From contig JAKPOQ010000061.1 of the NCBI GenBank assembly GCA_029547745.1, forward strand, positions 18,399 to 82,398: DNA of 64,000 nucleotides, in the 5' to 3' direction. This document shows, one piece after another, positions 10,105-22,588 of this stretch. Below the pieces are notes generated by a model that did no database searches, was not told where the DNA came from, and worked only from the letters and a program-made list of their open reading frames with translations. Position 1 is the first letter of the stretch. Every line of letters starts with the position of its first letter. The translations under genes and the position numbers were made by a program. The DNA comes from Actinomycetes bacterium (GTDB taxonomy: Bacteria > Actinomycetota > Thermoleophilia > UBA2241).

Positions 10105-10893
10105 CTACCTGCCGACCGCCTCGACGTCGAGGTCCCAGGCGGTGAGACGGGCAAGCAGTCCGCGATCCAGCAGGTCGTAACGCAGCGGCGTCAGGGCGAT
10201 GTACCCGGCGGCCACGACGTCGAAGTCGGTGGGAACCCCCGCGGCGTCGCCGTCGCCGGGCTCGTCGCACGGGACTCGATAGACACCTTCCCCGTCGCCG
10301 GCGAGCGTCAGACTGTCGTGGCAGCTCGCTCCCCCGAGGCGCGCCGGCCGCACGCCGCGGATCCCGGCCGGCGGAAGGTCCGGGAAGTTGACGTTGAGGA
10401 CCGTGTGCGGCGGGACGCCGTCTTCCATCGCCCGCCGCACGATCGCCCGGACCAACGGCACCACCTCGTCGAGCCAGCGAGGTTCCGTGCTCTCGACCGA
10501 CAGGGCGATGCCCGCGCCGCCACGCAACGCCGCCTCGAGGGCGGCGCCGACGGTGCCGGAGTAGGTCACGTCGGCGCCCAGGTTCGAGCCCAGATTGATA
10601 CCCGACACGACGAGGTCAGGCGTCGGCGTCAGCACTCCCAGCAAAGCCACGCGCACGCAGTCTGACGGCGTCCCGTCGAGCGCCAGTCCGGTGAAGCCGT
10701 CGCCGAACGAGGTACGCCTGGTGTCGAGGGCACGATCGACCGTGATGCTCCGCGCCACGGCGCTGCTGTCCCGGGCCGGCGCCAGGGTCGTCACCTCGCC
10801 GAGCCCCTCGAGGGCGCGACGCAGCGCCGCGATCCCGGGTGAGGCGATGCCGTCGTCGTTCGTGAGGAGGAGCTGCAGCGTCATGTCCGGCAT
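10105..10893 (-). CDS. surE: 5'/3'-nucleotidase SurE
   Basis: N-terminal LLLTNDDGIASPGI and SGINLGSNLG motifs. Length 262 aa. Confidence 0.85.
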   Translation of the reverse strand: MPDMTLQLLLTNDDGIASPGIAALRRALEGLGEVTTLAPARDSSAVARSITVDRALDTRRTSFGDGFTGLALDGTPSDCVRVALLGVLTPTPDLVVSGINLGSNLGADVTYSGTVGAALEAALRGGAGIALSVESTEPRWLDEVVPLVRAIVRRAMEDGVPPHTVLNVNFPDLPPAGIRGVRPARLGGASCHDSLTLAGDGEGVYRVPCDEPGDGDAAGVPTDFDVVAAGYIALTPLRYDLLDRGLLARLTAWDLDVEAVGR

Positions 10894-11103
10894 TGTACTT
10901 CACGGTCGGGGTCTGCCCTTCGGAGGACCCGCGACGCGACCGGCGTGCCGCCGGGCAGGAGAACGGGCGCGTCACGTCGCAAGACGAGCCGGGAAGACTG
11001 AGAAGGGGCCCGGATACCTGACTCGTGCCATTCCGGAGGTGACCGCGCCGTCCGGCTCAGCGTCTGACGGGAGCTACGCAGCGCCGCCGAGCGCGTCCGC
11101 CGA

Positions 11104-12417
11104 TCAGCGCGTGAAGGTCACGCGGGGCAAGCACGTGTCGGGCCGCGCATAGAGGTCGCCGCAGAACAGCTCCACACCGTTGCGGCGCAGGACCTCCTCC
11201 TGCTCCCCCGTGTGCACTCCGCTCGCCACGAGCTGCGCCTTGACCCGACCGGCGAAGCGCACCATGAGTTGCACGACCTCCACCGGCGTCAGCTCGGTGA
11301 CGACGCCGCCGACCAGGACGGGATCGAGGCACATGAAGTCGGGGGCCGCCTCGCCGACGAGCTCGAGCGTCGTGAGTTGCGCCCCGAGCCGGGAGAGGCA
11401 GATCTGGAACCCCATCTCGCGCACGCTCGCGAGCGTGCGCAGCGTCGAGGCCGTGTTGGTACGCAACTCGTCAGCGTCGATCTCGAGGACGACGTGCTGA
11501 GGGACGAGCGACCGGTTCAACGAGTAGAACTCGCTGAGGGCGACGACGGCCGCGTTCGGCAACTCGGTCGCGGCGCACCAGACGAACAGAAGCTCGTCGG
11601 CGCCGATGCCGGCAGCGGCCTCGACCGTCGCCGCGCGGGCCGCTACGCCGTACGCCGGCAGAAGCGTCGAGCGGCGGGCGACGTCGAGGAGGACGTCCGG
11701 CAACCGGAGCGGGGAATAGAAGGGCCCACGGACACTGCTGCGATACCCGATCGCGCTGCGCGCCTCGAGGTCGACGATCGGCTCGAACAGAGGCTCGAGC
11801 TCGCCCTCATCGATACAGTGGGCCAGGGTCTTCTCGAGTTCCGCGGCATAAACGGCCGCCTGCTCGTCGGCCGCCTGCATCGCGCGGGCGACGCCGCGCT
11901 GCAGGTTCTGTTCGAAGGTCAGCGTGTCGTCGCCTTCGAGGATCGCCGCGCCCACCGAGGGGTGAACGCGGTCGTAGACGCCAGGGGCCAGATCGTTCAG
12001 GAGCAGAGACTGCAGGCGCTCGTACACCCGCCGCGTGAGGAGGGTGAGGTCGTCGGCGGAGACGACGTCGGCGGAGCGTGGAGGGGACAGAAGGACGATG
12101 AACGCGTCGTCCGTGAGGGTGAAGTCGGCGACGACGTCCATGCGACGAAGGGTGCTGCCGACCATGCCGCTCAGGTTCGCCGCGACCGCGTCGAGGATCT
12201 CGCGCACGATGCGCCAGCCGAAGATGTGCTCGAGACGGCCGTAGCGGTCGAGCTTGATGTAGAGGATGGCGACGCTGCCGCGGCGCTCGAGCTCGAGGCG
12301 GATCGCGTCGGCGACCACGCTCAGGGCGGGCAGAGCCGAGCCGCCGTCGCTCACGAGGCTGCGCATCGTCGTCTGCGCGCGGCGGAGCGCGTCGTCGCCG
12401 GGGACGTCGCCGCTCAC
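11104..12417 (-). CDS. Signalling protein with a degenerate GGDEF-like N-domain and an EAL-like C-domain (c-di-GMP related; catalytic motifs diverged)
   Basis: N-terminal half resembles a GGDEF fold (ILYIKLDRYGRLEHIFGW.., FTLTDDAF in place of GGDEF). C-terminal half resembles EAL (EPIVDL.., VLEIDADEL, MCLDP). Confidence 0.5.
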   Translation of the reverse strand: MSGDVPGDDALRRAQTTMRSLVSDGGSALPALSVVADAIRLELERRGSVAILYIKLDRYGRLEHIFGWRIVREILDAVAANLSGMVGSTLRRMDVVADFTLTDDAFIVLLSPPRSADVVSADDLTLLTRRVYERLQSLLLNDLAPGVYDRVHPSVGAAILEGDDTLTFEQNLQRGVARAMQAADEQAAVYAAELEKTLAHCIDEGELEPLFEPIVDLEARSAIGYRSSVRGPFYSPLRLPDVLLDVARRSTLLPAYGVAARAATVEAAAGIGADELLFVWCAATELPNAAVVALSEFYSLNRSLVPQHVVLEIDADELRTNTASTLRTLASVREMGFQICLSRLGAQLTTLELVGEAAPDFMCLDPVLVGGVVTELTPVEVVQLMVRFAGRVKAQLVASGVHTGEQEEVLRRNGVELFCGDLYARPDTCLPRVTFTR

Positions 12418-12432
12418 CCAGCCTCCTCCGGG

Positions 12433-12762
12433 TCAGGACGCCCTTGACGCAGCGGCCTTGTCCGTCATGTGGACGGACTTCTCTTCCGACTTCGCGGTCG
12501 CAGCAGGGCTCGACTCCCGGCCGCCGCCCTCGTCCGTCTTCGGACCGCCCTCGGCGCTCTCTTTCGGTGGGCGATGTGACGACCCACGCCCGTAGTCGGT
12601 CGTGTAGAACCCGGAACCCTTGAAATGGATGGCGACCGGGTGGAGCACCTTGCGCAGACGGCCCCCGCATCGCTCGCAGACCTCGAGCGGGTCGTCGCTC
12701 ATCTTCTGCATGACCTCGAAGAGTGACTCGCAATCGTCACAGCGGTATTCGTAAATAGGCAT
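12433..12762 (-). CDS. FmdB family zinc-ribbon regulatory protein
   Basis: MPIYEYRCDDCESLFEV..CERCGG is the classic CxxC..CxxC FmdB N-terminus, followed by a low-complexity tail. Confidence 0.7.
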   Translation of the reverse strand: MPIYEYRCDDCESLFEVMQKMSDDPLEVCERCGGRLRKVLHPVAIHFKGSGFYTTDYGRGSSHRPPKESAEGGPKTDEGGGRESSPAATAKSEEKSVHMTDKAAASRAS

Positions 12763-12855
12763 TTGCAGACTCCCCAGGAACAACGCCTGATGTCTGAGTC
12801 TAGCACAGGGGCGCTCCGGCCTCGCGGCAGCGATCCTTCCGCAAGGCCGGTCCTC

Positions 12856-13599
12856 TCAGCCTTCCCCGCCGGGCAGCCGACCGTCCGGGAGACTGAACGG
12901 CGGGATGTGCCCCGCGATCACCCATCGCGGCGCCGGAGCGCGGATGCGGCGCCAAGAAGCGAGCAGGTCGGCCGCGTCGGGACCCGGATCGGGCCGCATG
13001 GCGAGGAACGCGTCGGGCGACGGCCCGACGACGTCGCCGCAGACGACGGTCAGGCCGTCGCCCGTGTCGACCGCATACGTGACCCCACCCGCCGTATGTC
13101 CCGGGGTGAGCACCCAGCGGACGCCGGGGGCGAGTTCCCCTTCGGCGCCCCTGAGCACGCGCAACTCGTGGGCTCCGAGGATGCCCTCCACGACCGGCCA
13201 GTGGGGAGCGCCGATCTCGGCTTCGTGGACGGCGACGGGCAACGGGAGGTCGACGCACGCGCAGGCGTGGTCGTCGTGCGCGTGCGTCAAGGCGACCAAG
13301 TCGACGTCGTCGACCCCGAGGCCCCGCGCGGCGAGTGCCTTGAGCACCGGTTCGTTCTGGAGCTGCAGACCGGGATCGATAAGGATCGTGGGCTCGCTGT
13401 GCGCTTGGTCGCCGCGCAGCAGCACCGTGTTCGGAAAGGTCGTCATGCCTACGATGGGGCGCTCTTCGCGCAACCGCCCATAGACGGCGTAGGCCTCCGG
13501 GGAGCGATACTCGGGGAGGACATCGACCACGCCGTCGTCCACGCTGAAGACGAAACGGGCCGTCGGGATCAGGATGTCGACGGTGTACGTCGTGACCAC
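12856..13599 (-). CDS. MBL-fold metallo-hydrolase
   Basis: HAHDDH and TPGHTAGG motifs. The start is placed at GTG (VVTTYTVD) after GGAGG; the S/T/R-rich N-extension in the ORF track looks non-coding. Confidence 0.65.
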   Translation of the reverse strand: MVTTYTVDILIPTARFVFSVDDGVVDVLPEYRSPEAYAVYGRLREERPIVGMTTFPNTVLLRGDQAHSEPTILIDPGLQLQNEPVLKALAARGLGVDDVDLVALTHAHDDHACACVDLPLPVAVHEAEIGAPHWPVVEGILGAHELRVLRGAEGELAPGVRWVLTPGHTAGGVTYAVDTGDGLTVVCGDVVGPSPDAFLAMRPDPGPDAADLLASWRRIRAPAPRWVIAGHIPPFSLPDGRLPGGEG

Positions 13600-13627
13600 C
13601 TCCTTCGCTGCCTCCGGGGCTCGCGTG

Positions 13628-14038
13628 TCACGCCGAGCCGGCCGGGCCGTCGCGGGATTCGGCCGCGTCACCCCCGACCCGATCACCGAGGGGCTCGACC
13701 GCGCTGCCACCCGCCTCTTGTCCTCGTGTCGCAGGCGCCGACACATCGTCGCGCGCGTAGAGGACATCCACCTTGTCGAGGTTGAGCACGACGAAAGGCG
13801 CCGAGTCGAGCAGGTCGCCCGAGCGTGCATCATGGATCGAGGCGTCCGCCAGCGTCAGACGCGAGTCATCGACCGAGCGGAGGAAGTCCGACGGGCGTCG
13901 CGAACTCGCCCGGAGTCCGACTCCGAAGCTCGCGACGCCGACTACTTTGAACCGCCCGACGAACGCCGTGACCTGCAGCTCGCGGAAGCTCCCCTTGACG
14001 TCGAGATAAGGTGGCACATCACCGACCGACCCGTTCAT
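13628..14038 (-). CDS. Hypothetical protein (~136 aa)
   Basis: ORF with a GGGAGGGGGA Shine-Dalgarno ~11 nt before ATG (MNGSVGDVPPYLDVKGSF..). It fills an otherwise 700-nt gap between the MBL hydrolase and the Clp ATPase. No family recognised. Confidence 0.4.
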   Translation of the reverse strand: MNGSVGDVPPYLDVKGSFRELQVTAFVGRFKVVGVASFGVGLRASSRRPSDFLRSVDDSRLTLADASIHDARSGDLLDSAPFVVLNLDKVDVLYARDDVSAPATRGQEAGGSAVEPLGDRVGGDAAESRDGPAGSA

Positions 14039-14323
14039 CGCCGCCTCACTCCCCCTCCCTTTGGGCATCGCTCCCGCATGCCGGCGCGGCTCGCGACGCG
14101 ACCTTCTCGTCTTCAGTGGAACACGGCGTGCCGGCGAACGCCGACACCTCGCCTCCGCGCCGCACGCGCCCCCACAGGCTCGCGAGCGCCTGCCGCCGGC
14201 CTGTCGCTCCTTGCGGCGGGACGAGCAGGCCGGCGACGGCGCTCGCGAGCGTCCGCCCGAGAGACGTCCGCGGATCCCGCAGGGCGCTCGACCGCCGCAC
14301 AGGGCTTGTGCGAGACACTCTCA

Positions 14324-16711
<2,388 letters not shown>

Positions 16712-16776
16712 ATGGTCACTGCCTTCCGTTTCTCGTCCCTGGACTGCTCCTCGTCATCGCGATCCTGGGCGCCGAT

Positions 16777-17193
16777 TCATCTCCGCCGCCGGCGACGCCC
16801 AGACACGGGCACCATCGCCGCTGAGGGCAGCGGCACGAGGTCGAACCTGTGCTCACGCTCAGCCTCGGCCACCGCCCTACGCGTCTCCTGCCCCGCCTGC
16901 GCGAGCCTCGCCTGCAGAAGGTCCACCTCATGCGCCATGGCCTCGAGGCGATCCTCCATCTCGAGGACGCGCGCGATCCCCGCAAGGTTGAGCCCCATGC
17001 CGGTCAGCTCATGGATGCGCCGCAAGCGGTCGACGTCCCGTCGCGAGTATCGCCGCGTGTTCTTCGCCGAGCGCTGCGGGCGCACCAGACCCCTGCGCTC
17101 GTAGAGGCGCAGGGTCTGCGGATGCATCCCGGCCAGCTCAGCCGCCACCGAGATCATGAACAGCGGAGCGTCGATGTCGTCCTCGAACCTCAT
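16777..17193 (-). CDS. hspR: MerR-family heat-shock repressor HspR
   Basis: N-terminal HTH LFMISVAAELAGMHPQTLRLYERRGLVRPQRSAKNTRRYSRRDVDRLRRI. Position is downstream of dnaJ. Confidence 0.85.
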   Translation of the reverse strand: MRFEDDIDAPLFMISVAAELAGMHPQTLRLYERRGLVRPQRSAKNTRRYSRRDVDRLRRIHELTGMGLNLAGIARVLEMEDRLEAMAHEVDLLQARLAQAGQETRRAVAEAEREHRFDLVPLPSAAMVPVSGRRRRRR

Positions 17194-17230
17194 CCGTCGT
17201 CCTCGAACCTTATCCGTCGTCTTCGTCGAC
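17176..17230. repeat. ~2.7-copy tandem 20-nt repeat (GTCGTCCTCGAACCT[C/T]ATCC) that duplicates the hspR translation-start region
   Basis: Copies at 17176-17195 and 17196-17215 plus a partial third. The hspR ATG (rc CAT at 17191-17193) lies in copy 1, so the 5'UTR repeats the first 6 codons (MRFEDD). Confidence 0.7.
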
Positions 17231-17260
17231 TCCTGTGCAGTATGCCGCGCTCAGGACGCG

Positions 17261-18406
17261 TCACACGCGGGCGAAGGCTGCCGCCCTGGGGTCACCCAGC
17301 GTCTCGCCCAGTTTCTGGAGCAGTTCCTTCTGCTCCCTCGTCAGCTTGTCGGGCACCACGACACGCAGGCGCACCAACAGGTCACCGCGCCCGCCCTTGA
17401 GCTTCGGCGCGCCCTTCCCGCGCACGCGGAGGGTGCGGCCGTCCTGACTGCCGGGTGGGACCTTGAGCGACACGCTGCCGCCCCCCGGCGTCGGGACCCT
17501 GACCTTGGTCCCGAGCGCCGCCTCGCTGATGGTGATCGGCACCTCCAGGACGAGGTCGTCGCCGCGGCGCTGGAAGAAATGGTCCGGCTCCACACGTACG
17601 ACCACATAGAGATCCCCGGCCGGTCCACCGCGCGACCCTGCCTCGCCCCTGCCTTTGATGCGGATGCGTGTGCCGTCCTTGACGCCGGCCGGGATCTTCA
17701 CCGCGTATCGACGCGTGCGCGTGCGGACACCGCGACCGCCGCACCGGGGGCACGGGTCTTCGATGATCGTCCCGTTCCCAAGACACCGCGGACACGGCTG
17801 TGACAAGGCAAAGACACCCTGGTTCTGGGCGACAACGCCGCGGCCCTGGCACTCGGGACAGATCTTCGGCGTCGTGCCGGCCTTTGCGCCCGTCCCGTGA
17901 CAGTCCTCGCACGCATCGGCCTTCGTCACCGGGACCCGCACAGTCGCGCCGCGCAGGGAGTCCTCGAACGAGACTGTGACCTCGGCCTGCAGATCGGCGC
18001 CGCGCTCGGCGGCCGGGCGCCCGCGGGCGCCCGGCCGCCGAGCGCCGGCGGCGCCACCGAACAGACCAGACAGCAGGTCGCCGAGGTCGCCCATGTCGAA
18101 CGTCGCCCCGCCCTGCTGGAACATGCGCGGGTCGAAGCCCTGGAACCCGCCCTGGCCGGGACGGAAGCCCCCGCCGGCTCCGGGGCCGAAGGCTCCGAGT
18201 CGGCTCAACTCGTCGTATTGCTTCCGCTTCTCCGGGTCGGACAGCGTCTCATAGGCCTGGTTGATCTCCTTGAACTTCTCTTCGGCCGCCTTGTCGCCCG
18301 GGTTCTTGTCGGGGTGGTACCGACGCGCAAGCTTGCGGAAAGCCTTCTTGATCTCGTCCTGAGAGGCCGACTTGGGAACGCCCAGTATCTGGTAGAAGTC
18401 AGCCAT
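17261..18406 (-). CDS. dnaJ: Chaperone DnaJ
   Basis: J-domain with HPD (YHPDKNP), G/F-rich region, four CxxCxGxG zinc-finger repeats and a C-terminal domain. Confidence 0.92.
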   Translation of the reverse strand: MADFYQILGVPKSASQDEIKKAFRKLARRYHPDKNPGDKAAEEKFKEINQAYETLSDPEKRKQYDELSRLGAFGPGAGGGFRPGQGGFQGFDPRMFQQGGATFDMGDLGDLLSGLFGGAAGARRPGARGRPAAERGADLQAEVTVSFEDSLRGATVRVPVTKADACEDCHGTGAKAGTTPKICPECQGRGVVAQNQGVFALSQPCPRCLGNGTIIEDPCPRCGGRGVRTRTRRYAVKIPAGVKDGTRIRIKGRGEAGSRGGPAGDLYVVVRVEPDHFFQRRGDDLVLEVPITISEAALGTKVRVPTPGGGSVSLKVPPGSQDGRTLRVRGKGAPKLKGGRGDLLVRLRVVVPDKLTREQKELLQKLGETLGDPRAAAFARV

Positions 18407-18409
18407 CGC

Positions 18410-19126
18410 TCACCTCGCGACGACCACCTTTGCAGGGCGCAGCAGGCGACCGTGGAGAAGGTATCCGGGTTCCAGCACCTGGAGCACGACACCCTCGTCA
18501 TGGTCATCGGACGACTGTGTCATCACGGCCTCGTGCACGGTGGGGTCGAACGGGTCGCCGACTGCAGTGGGGACCCGGGCGAGGCCGTATGCTGCGAGCA
18601 CGTCGTTCAACTGGCCGGCGACGAGCTGCAAGCCGCCGACGAGCTGGCCCTCCTCATGATGCGCTGCCGCCTCGAGGGCGCGCGCCATGTTGTCCATGAC
18701 CGGCAGCAGCGACTCGACCACATCCTCAGCGGCGCGCAGACGCAGCTCCTCGCTCTCGCGCCGGACACGTTTACGGTAGTTGTCGAACTCCGCCTGCAGG
18801 CGGCGCAGATTGTCCAGGTACTCGTCGCGCTGAGCGGTGAGACCGGCGACCACGTCGTCGGCGATCGGCTGCACCGCCTCACCGGCGACGGCTTCGACGC
18901 CTTGCTCGTCGCCGCCCGAGGCCACCCGATGAGCGCGCTGACGCGGCTCGCCCCGCTCGCGCTTGTGGCGCTCGCGTTTGTCCTGCTCGTGCTTCTTCTG
19001 CTCGTGCGTGTGCTCGTCGTGTTCGTGCTTCTCGTCGCTCATATCGTGGCGTCTCTCTCGATGCGGTTCGGTCGCGGTACGGACGGGGCGGCGCGGGTCC
19101 GGCGTGCCGGGCCCGCGCCGCCCCAC
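18410..19126 (-). CDS. grpE: Nucleotide exchange factor GrpE
   Basis: GrpE coiled-coil plus C-terminal beta domain (..DPFDPTVHEAV..). Lies between dnaK and dnaJ. Confidence 0.9.
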   Translation of the reverse strand: MGRRGPGTPDPRRPVRTATEPHRERRHDMSDEKHEHDEHTHEQKKHEQDKRERHKRERGEPRQRAHRVASGGDEQGVEAVAGEAVQPIADDVVAGLTAQRDEYLDNLRRLQAEFDNYRKRVRRESEELRLRAAEDVVESLLPVMDNMARALEAAAHHEEGQLVGGLQLVAGQLNDVLAAYGLARVPTAVGDPFDPTVHEAVMTQSSDDHDEGVVLQVLEPGYLLHGRLLRPAKVVVAR

Positions 19127-19135
19127 ACTGCCGCC

Positions 19136-19614
19136 TTACTTCTCGGCCTTCTTGGCCTCCACAGGTTCGGCCTTCTTGGCCTCGACGGCCTTCTTGGCCT
19201 TGACCTCGATGCGCTTCGGCTTCTCCTCTTCGGCCTTGGGCACGGTGACCGTGAGGATGCCATCCTCGTAGGCGGCCGAGATCTCATCGGCCTTCACGCC
19301 CTGCGGAAGAGCCAGGGCGCGCTGGAACGACCCATAGCGCCGCTCGACGCGGTAGTACCGCTCGTCGTCCACCTTCTCCTCGAAGCGACGCTCGCCCTTG
19401 ATCGTGAGGACGTTGTCCTCGACCTCGATCTGGATGTCGTTCGGGTCCATGCCGGCGAGCTCGGCCTTGACGACGACGGCGTCCTTCTGATCGAAGACGT
19501 CCACCGCCGGCAGCCAACTCTCTTGGCGCCCGCCCCAGACCTGATCGAAGAGCCGGCTGACCTGGTCCTGGACCTGGGTCATCTCACGGAACGGATCCCA
19601 TCTGATGATCGCCA
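19136..19614 (-). CDS. Hsp20 / alpha-crystallin family small heat-shock protein
   Basis: MAIIRWDPFREM.., ACD core (VDVFDQKDAVVVKAELAGM..GILTV). The start is set at MAIIRW with RBS AAAGGAGGTG. The ORF-track extension is non-coding. Confidence 0.85.
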
Positions 19615-19707
19615 TGGTCGACACCTCCTTTGGTCTTCGTTTTCGTCTCGCTTCTCGTACCGGCCCGCCCGACAGTTGGTCGAACTGGCCGCAATGACAC
19701 CTTCTTG

Positions 19708-21606
19708 TCACTTGGTCTCGTCGTCGTCGATCACCTCATAGTCCCCCTCCTCGACGTTCTCGTCGCCGGAAGTCGCCCCAGAGCCGTCGCCGCCCGCCGC
19801 CTGCTGCTGCTGGGCCTGCTGGTACACCGCCTCAGCGAGCTTGTGCGAGGCTTGCATCAAGGCTTCAGTCTTGGCTCTGATGTCGTCGACGTCATCGCCG
19901 TCCAGCGCCTTCTTCAGCTCGGCCGCCGCAGCCTCGATCTCCTGCCTGGTCGCGGCGTCCACCTTGTCGCCCATCTCGCGCAGCGACTTCTCGGTGGAGT
20001 ACACAAGGTTCTCGGCGTTGTTCTTGACGTCGGCCACCTCGCGCGCCCTGCGGTCTTCCTCCGCGTGCGCCTCGGCCTCCTTGACCATCCGCTCGATGTC
20101 CTGCTCACTGAGGCCGCTCGACGCGGTGATCGTGATCTTCTGCTCGTTGCCCGTGCCGAGATCCTTGGCGCTCACGTGCACGATGCCGTTGGCGTCGATG
20201 TCGAACGTCACTTCGATCTGGGGGACGCCGCGCGGCGCCGGCGGGATACCGACGAGCTGGAACTTGCCCAGCGTCTTGTTGTAACGCGCCATCTCGCGCT
20301 CGCCCTGGAGGACGTGGATCTCGACACTCGTCTGGTTGTCTTCGGCGGTCGAGAAGATCTCGCTCTTCCTGGTCGGGATCGTCGTGTTGCGCTCGATGAG
20401 TTTCGTGAACACGCCGCCCTTGGTCTCGATACCGAGACTCAGCGGCGTGACGTCGAGCAGCAGGACGTCCTTGACCTCGCCGGCGAGCACGCCGCCCTGG
20501 ATCGCGGCGCCGACGGCCACGACCTCGTCCGGGTTCACGCCCTTGTGCGGCTCCTTGCCGACGAGCTGCTTGACCCTCTCCTGGACGGCAGGGACGCGCG
20601 TCATGCCGCCGACAAGGATGATGTGGTCGATCTGGTCGGCACGCAGGTTCGCGTCCTTCAACGCCTGCTCGACCGGCCCGACGATACGTTCGAGCAGGTC
20701 GTGCGTGAGCTCGTCGAACTTCGCCCGCGTGAGCGTGAGGTCGAGGTGCTTGGGGCCGTTCTCGTCGGCCGTGATGAACGGCAGATTGATGTTCGTGCTG
20801 GTGGTCGTCGAGAGCTCGATCTTCGCCTTCTCGGCGGCCTCGTACAGACGCTGCAGGGCCATCTTGTCCTTGCTCAGGTCGATGCCCTGACTCTTCTTGA
20901 ACTCAGCCACCATCCAGTCCACGACGGCCTTGTCGAAGTTGTCTCCGCCGAGGTGCGTGTCTCCGTTGGTCGCCTTTACCTCGAACACGCCCTCACCGAT
21001 GTCGAGGATCGAGACGTCGAACGTGCCGCCACCGAGGTCGAAGACGAGGATGGTCTGGTCGTGCTCCTTGTCGAGGCCGTACGCCAGCGCCGCCGCCGTG
21101 GGCTCGTTGATGATGCGCTTGACGTCCAACCCGGCGATCTTGCCGGCGTCTTTGGTGGCCTGGCGCTGCGAGTCGTTGAAGTACGCCGGGACGGTTATCA
21201 CGGCTTCGGACACCTTCTCGCCGAGATAGTCTTCGGCGTCGCGCTTCAACTTCTGCAGGATCATCGCCGAGATCTCCGGCGGCGTGTAGGTCTTCCCGCC
21301 GATCTCGACGACGGCATCCCCGTTCGGCGCCTTGGTCACCTTGTACGGCACGATCTTCATCTCTTCCGAGACGTCGCCGTACTTGCGCCCCATGAAGCGC
21401 TTGATGGAGAAGACCGTGTTCTCGGGGTTCGTGACCGCCTGGCGACGGGCAACGCTGCCCACGAGCCGCTCGCCCGTCTTTGAGAAGGCAACGACCGACG
21501 GAGTCGTGCGGCCGCCCTCGGAGTTCGGGATGACGGTCGGCTCGCCACCTTCAAGGACAGCCATACAACTGTTGGTCGTCCCCAGGTCGATGCCGATGAC
21601 CTTGCC
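19708..21606 (-). CDS. dnaK: Chaperone DnaK (Hsp70)
   Basis: [18 protein letters not shown].., [11 protein letters not shown]-terminal EEVD-like tail. The true start is ATG at 21604-21606; the 939-aa ORF-track extension is upstream non-coding sequence. Confidence 0.95.
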   Translation of the reverse strand, partial: GKVIGIDLGTTNSCMAVLEGGEPTVIPNSEGGRTTPSVVAFSKTGERLVGSVARRQAVTNPENTVFSIKRFMGRKYGDVSEEMKIVPYKVTKAPNGDAVVEIGGKTYTPPEISAMILQKLKRDAEDYLGEKVSEAVITVPAYFNDSQRQATKDAGKIAGLDVKRIINEPTAAALAYGLDKEHDQTILVFDLGGGTFDVSILDIGEGVFEVKATNGDTHLGGDNFDKAVVDWMVAEFKKSQGIDLSKDKMALQRLYEAAEKAKIELSTTTSTNINLPFITADENGPKHLDLTLTRAKFDELTHDLLERIVGPVEQALKDANLRADQIDHIILVGGMTRVPAVQERVKQLVGKEPHKGVNPDEVVAVGAAIQGGVLAGEVKDVLLLDVTPLSLGIETKGGVFTKLIERNTTIPTRKSEIFSTAEDNQTSVEIHVLQGEREMARYNKTLGKFQLVGIPPAPRGVPQIEVTFDIDANGIVHVSAKDLGTGNEQKITITASSGLSEQDIERMVKEAEAHAEEDRRAREVADVKNNAENLVYSTEKSLREMGDKVDAATRQEIEAAAAELKKALDGDDVDDIRAKTEALMQASHKLAEAVYQQAQQQQAAGGDGSGATSGDENVEEGDYEVIDDDETK

Positions 21607-21915
21607 CATGAACGTTCCTCCTTGCCCGTGCAGGACCAGATTCCATACCTGCGTTACAGAAAACCTAAGCGTGACTGTGTCACATTTGTTGCCGCATGTC
21701 TGGCTGACTAAACCTCTGGGCGGCGCGCGACATCCGAGAGACGGGCGTCCACCCTCGAGTCGGGTGCACGACGAACGGCGATGGACCCTACGTCGCCAGA
21801 CCACCATCGTCGGCGTGAGCGAGAAGTACTGTCCCGAGTCGTGCGCAGAAGCTCGCTGAGGCGCGGACGGTCGTGGCATGAATGTGACGCCACCTCGCCC
21901 CTCGAAAGGGAGCAC

Positions 21916-22074
21916 ACCGTGACCCGCAGCAAGCTCAGGGCCCATGATCGCGACTCGAAAGCCCTGCTGCGCGACGACGCCGCCCTGATGGGCGAGATCC
22001 TCCCTGCCGTCGTCTCGCAGATCCTGGAGGCCGAGATGACGGAGCCCTCGGCCGTGCTCTACGCTGGAGCATGA
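21916..22074 (+). CDS. Candidate small protein (52 aa) in the dnaK / aminotransferase divergent region
   Basis: GTG start after AAAGGGAGCA. Strong GC3 bias (most third positions G/C) that is absent from the upstream part of the same ORF. TGA stop is followed by a perfect ~18-bp stem-loop plus a CUUCUCCGGUUCC tail. Confidence 0.3.
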   Translation, partial: TVTRSKLRAHDRDSKALLRDDAALMGEILPAVVSQILEAEMTEPSAVLYAGA

Positions 22075-22116
22075 GCCCGCCGACCGGACACGAGCGAACG
22101 GGGAAGGGCCAAGCGC

Positions 22117-22165
22117 AAGAGGGAGGGTGGCCCGGCCCGGGCCACCCTCCCTCTTCTCCGGTTCC
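22117..22165 (+). terminator. Stem-loop terminator candidate after the small ORF
   Basis: AAGAGGGAGGGTGGCCCGG / CCGGGCCACCCTCCCTCTT perfect inverted repeat followed by CTCCGGTTCC. Confidence 0.4.
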
Positions 22166-22256
22166 GACACGACGGACCGGCCGATGGCTTCGTCGCAGCC
22201 GCACTGATAGGCTGAGCAACACAGGTGGTGGGGGCTGACCTGCGTCGCACGCGGTG

Positions 22257-22319
22257 TTGCCGAATCGGCTGCCGAAACGGTCAATTTGTTGCCGAACCCT
22301 ACACTTTGTGCCGTTCCGG
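22257..22319. promoter_or_regulatory. Three direct TTGCCGAA / CTGCCGAA repeats plus a flanking 9-bp inverted repeat (CCGAAACGG..CCGTTCCGG) ~270 nt upstream of the aminotransferase gene
   Basis: TTGCCGAA at 22257, CTGCCGAA at 22269, TTGCCGAA at 22289. TACACT, a -10-like hexamer, follows at ~22300. Confidence 0.35.
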
Positions 22320-22588
22320 GAGTAGACTGTCGCGGCGCGCGATGCGCGCGGGCCGGGGGTACGTCGGCTCGCCCCCCAATGCTGCACGAAGAAGGGCGCC
22401 GGCGTTCGACACCTGGCAGCGGAAGAAGGTGATATCGCGTCGCCCAGCGCCAGCTAGTCGCAGTCAGGAAGCTTGCTCCGTCGGGGGCCTCAGAACCCGG
22501 ACGGGGCGCTTCGAACCGTTCAGGCATCCGCGCCGGAGGTGTCGGGCAGAGTCCTTCCGGCAGAAGTCAGACAAGGAGTGGATCGAAG

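Noticed and set aside
21607-22527. N-terminal 300-codon extension of the dnaK ORF and the 97-aa ORF 21781..22074 from its first ATG
   Set aside because: The extension lacks GC3 bias and homology. DnaK clearly starts at [10 protein letters not shown] (21606). Only the GC3-biased distal part of the small ORF (from GTG 21916) looks coding.
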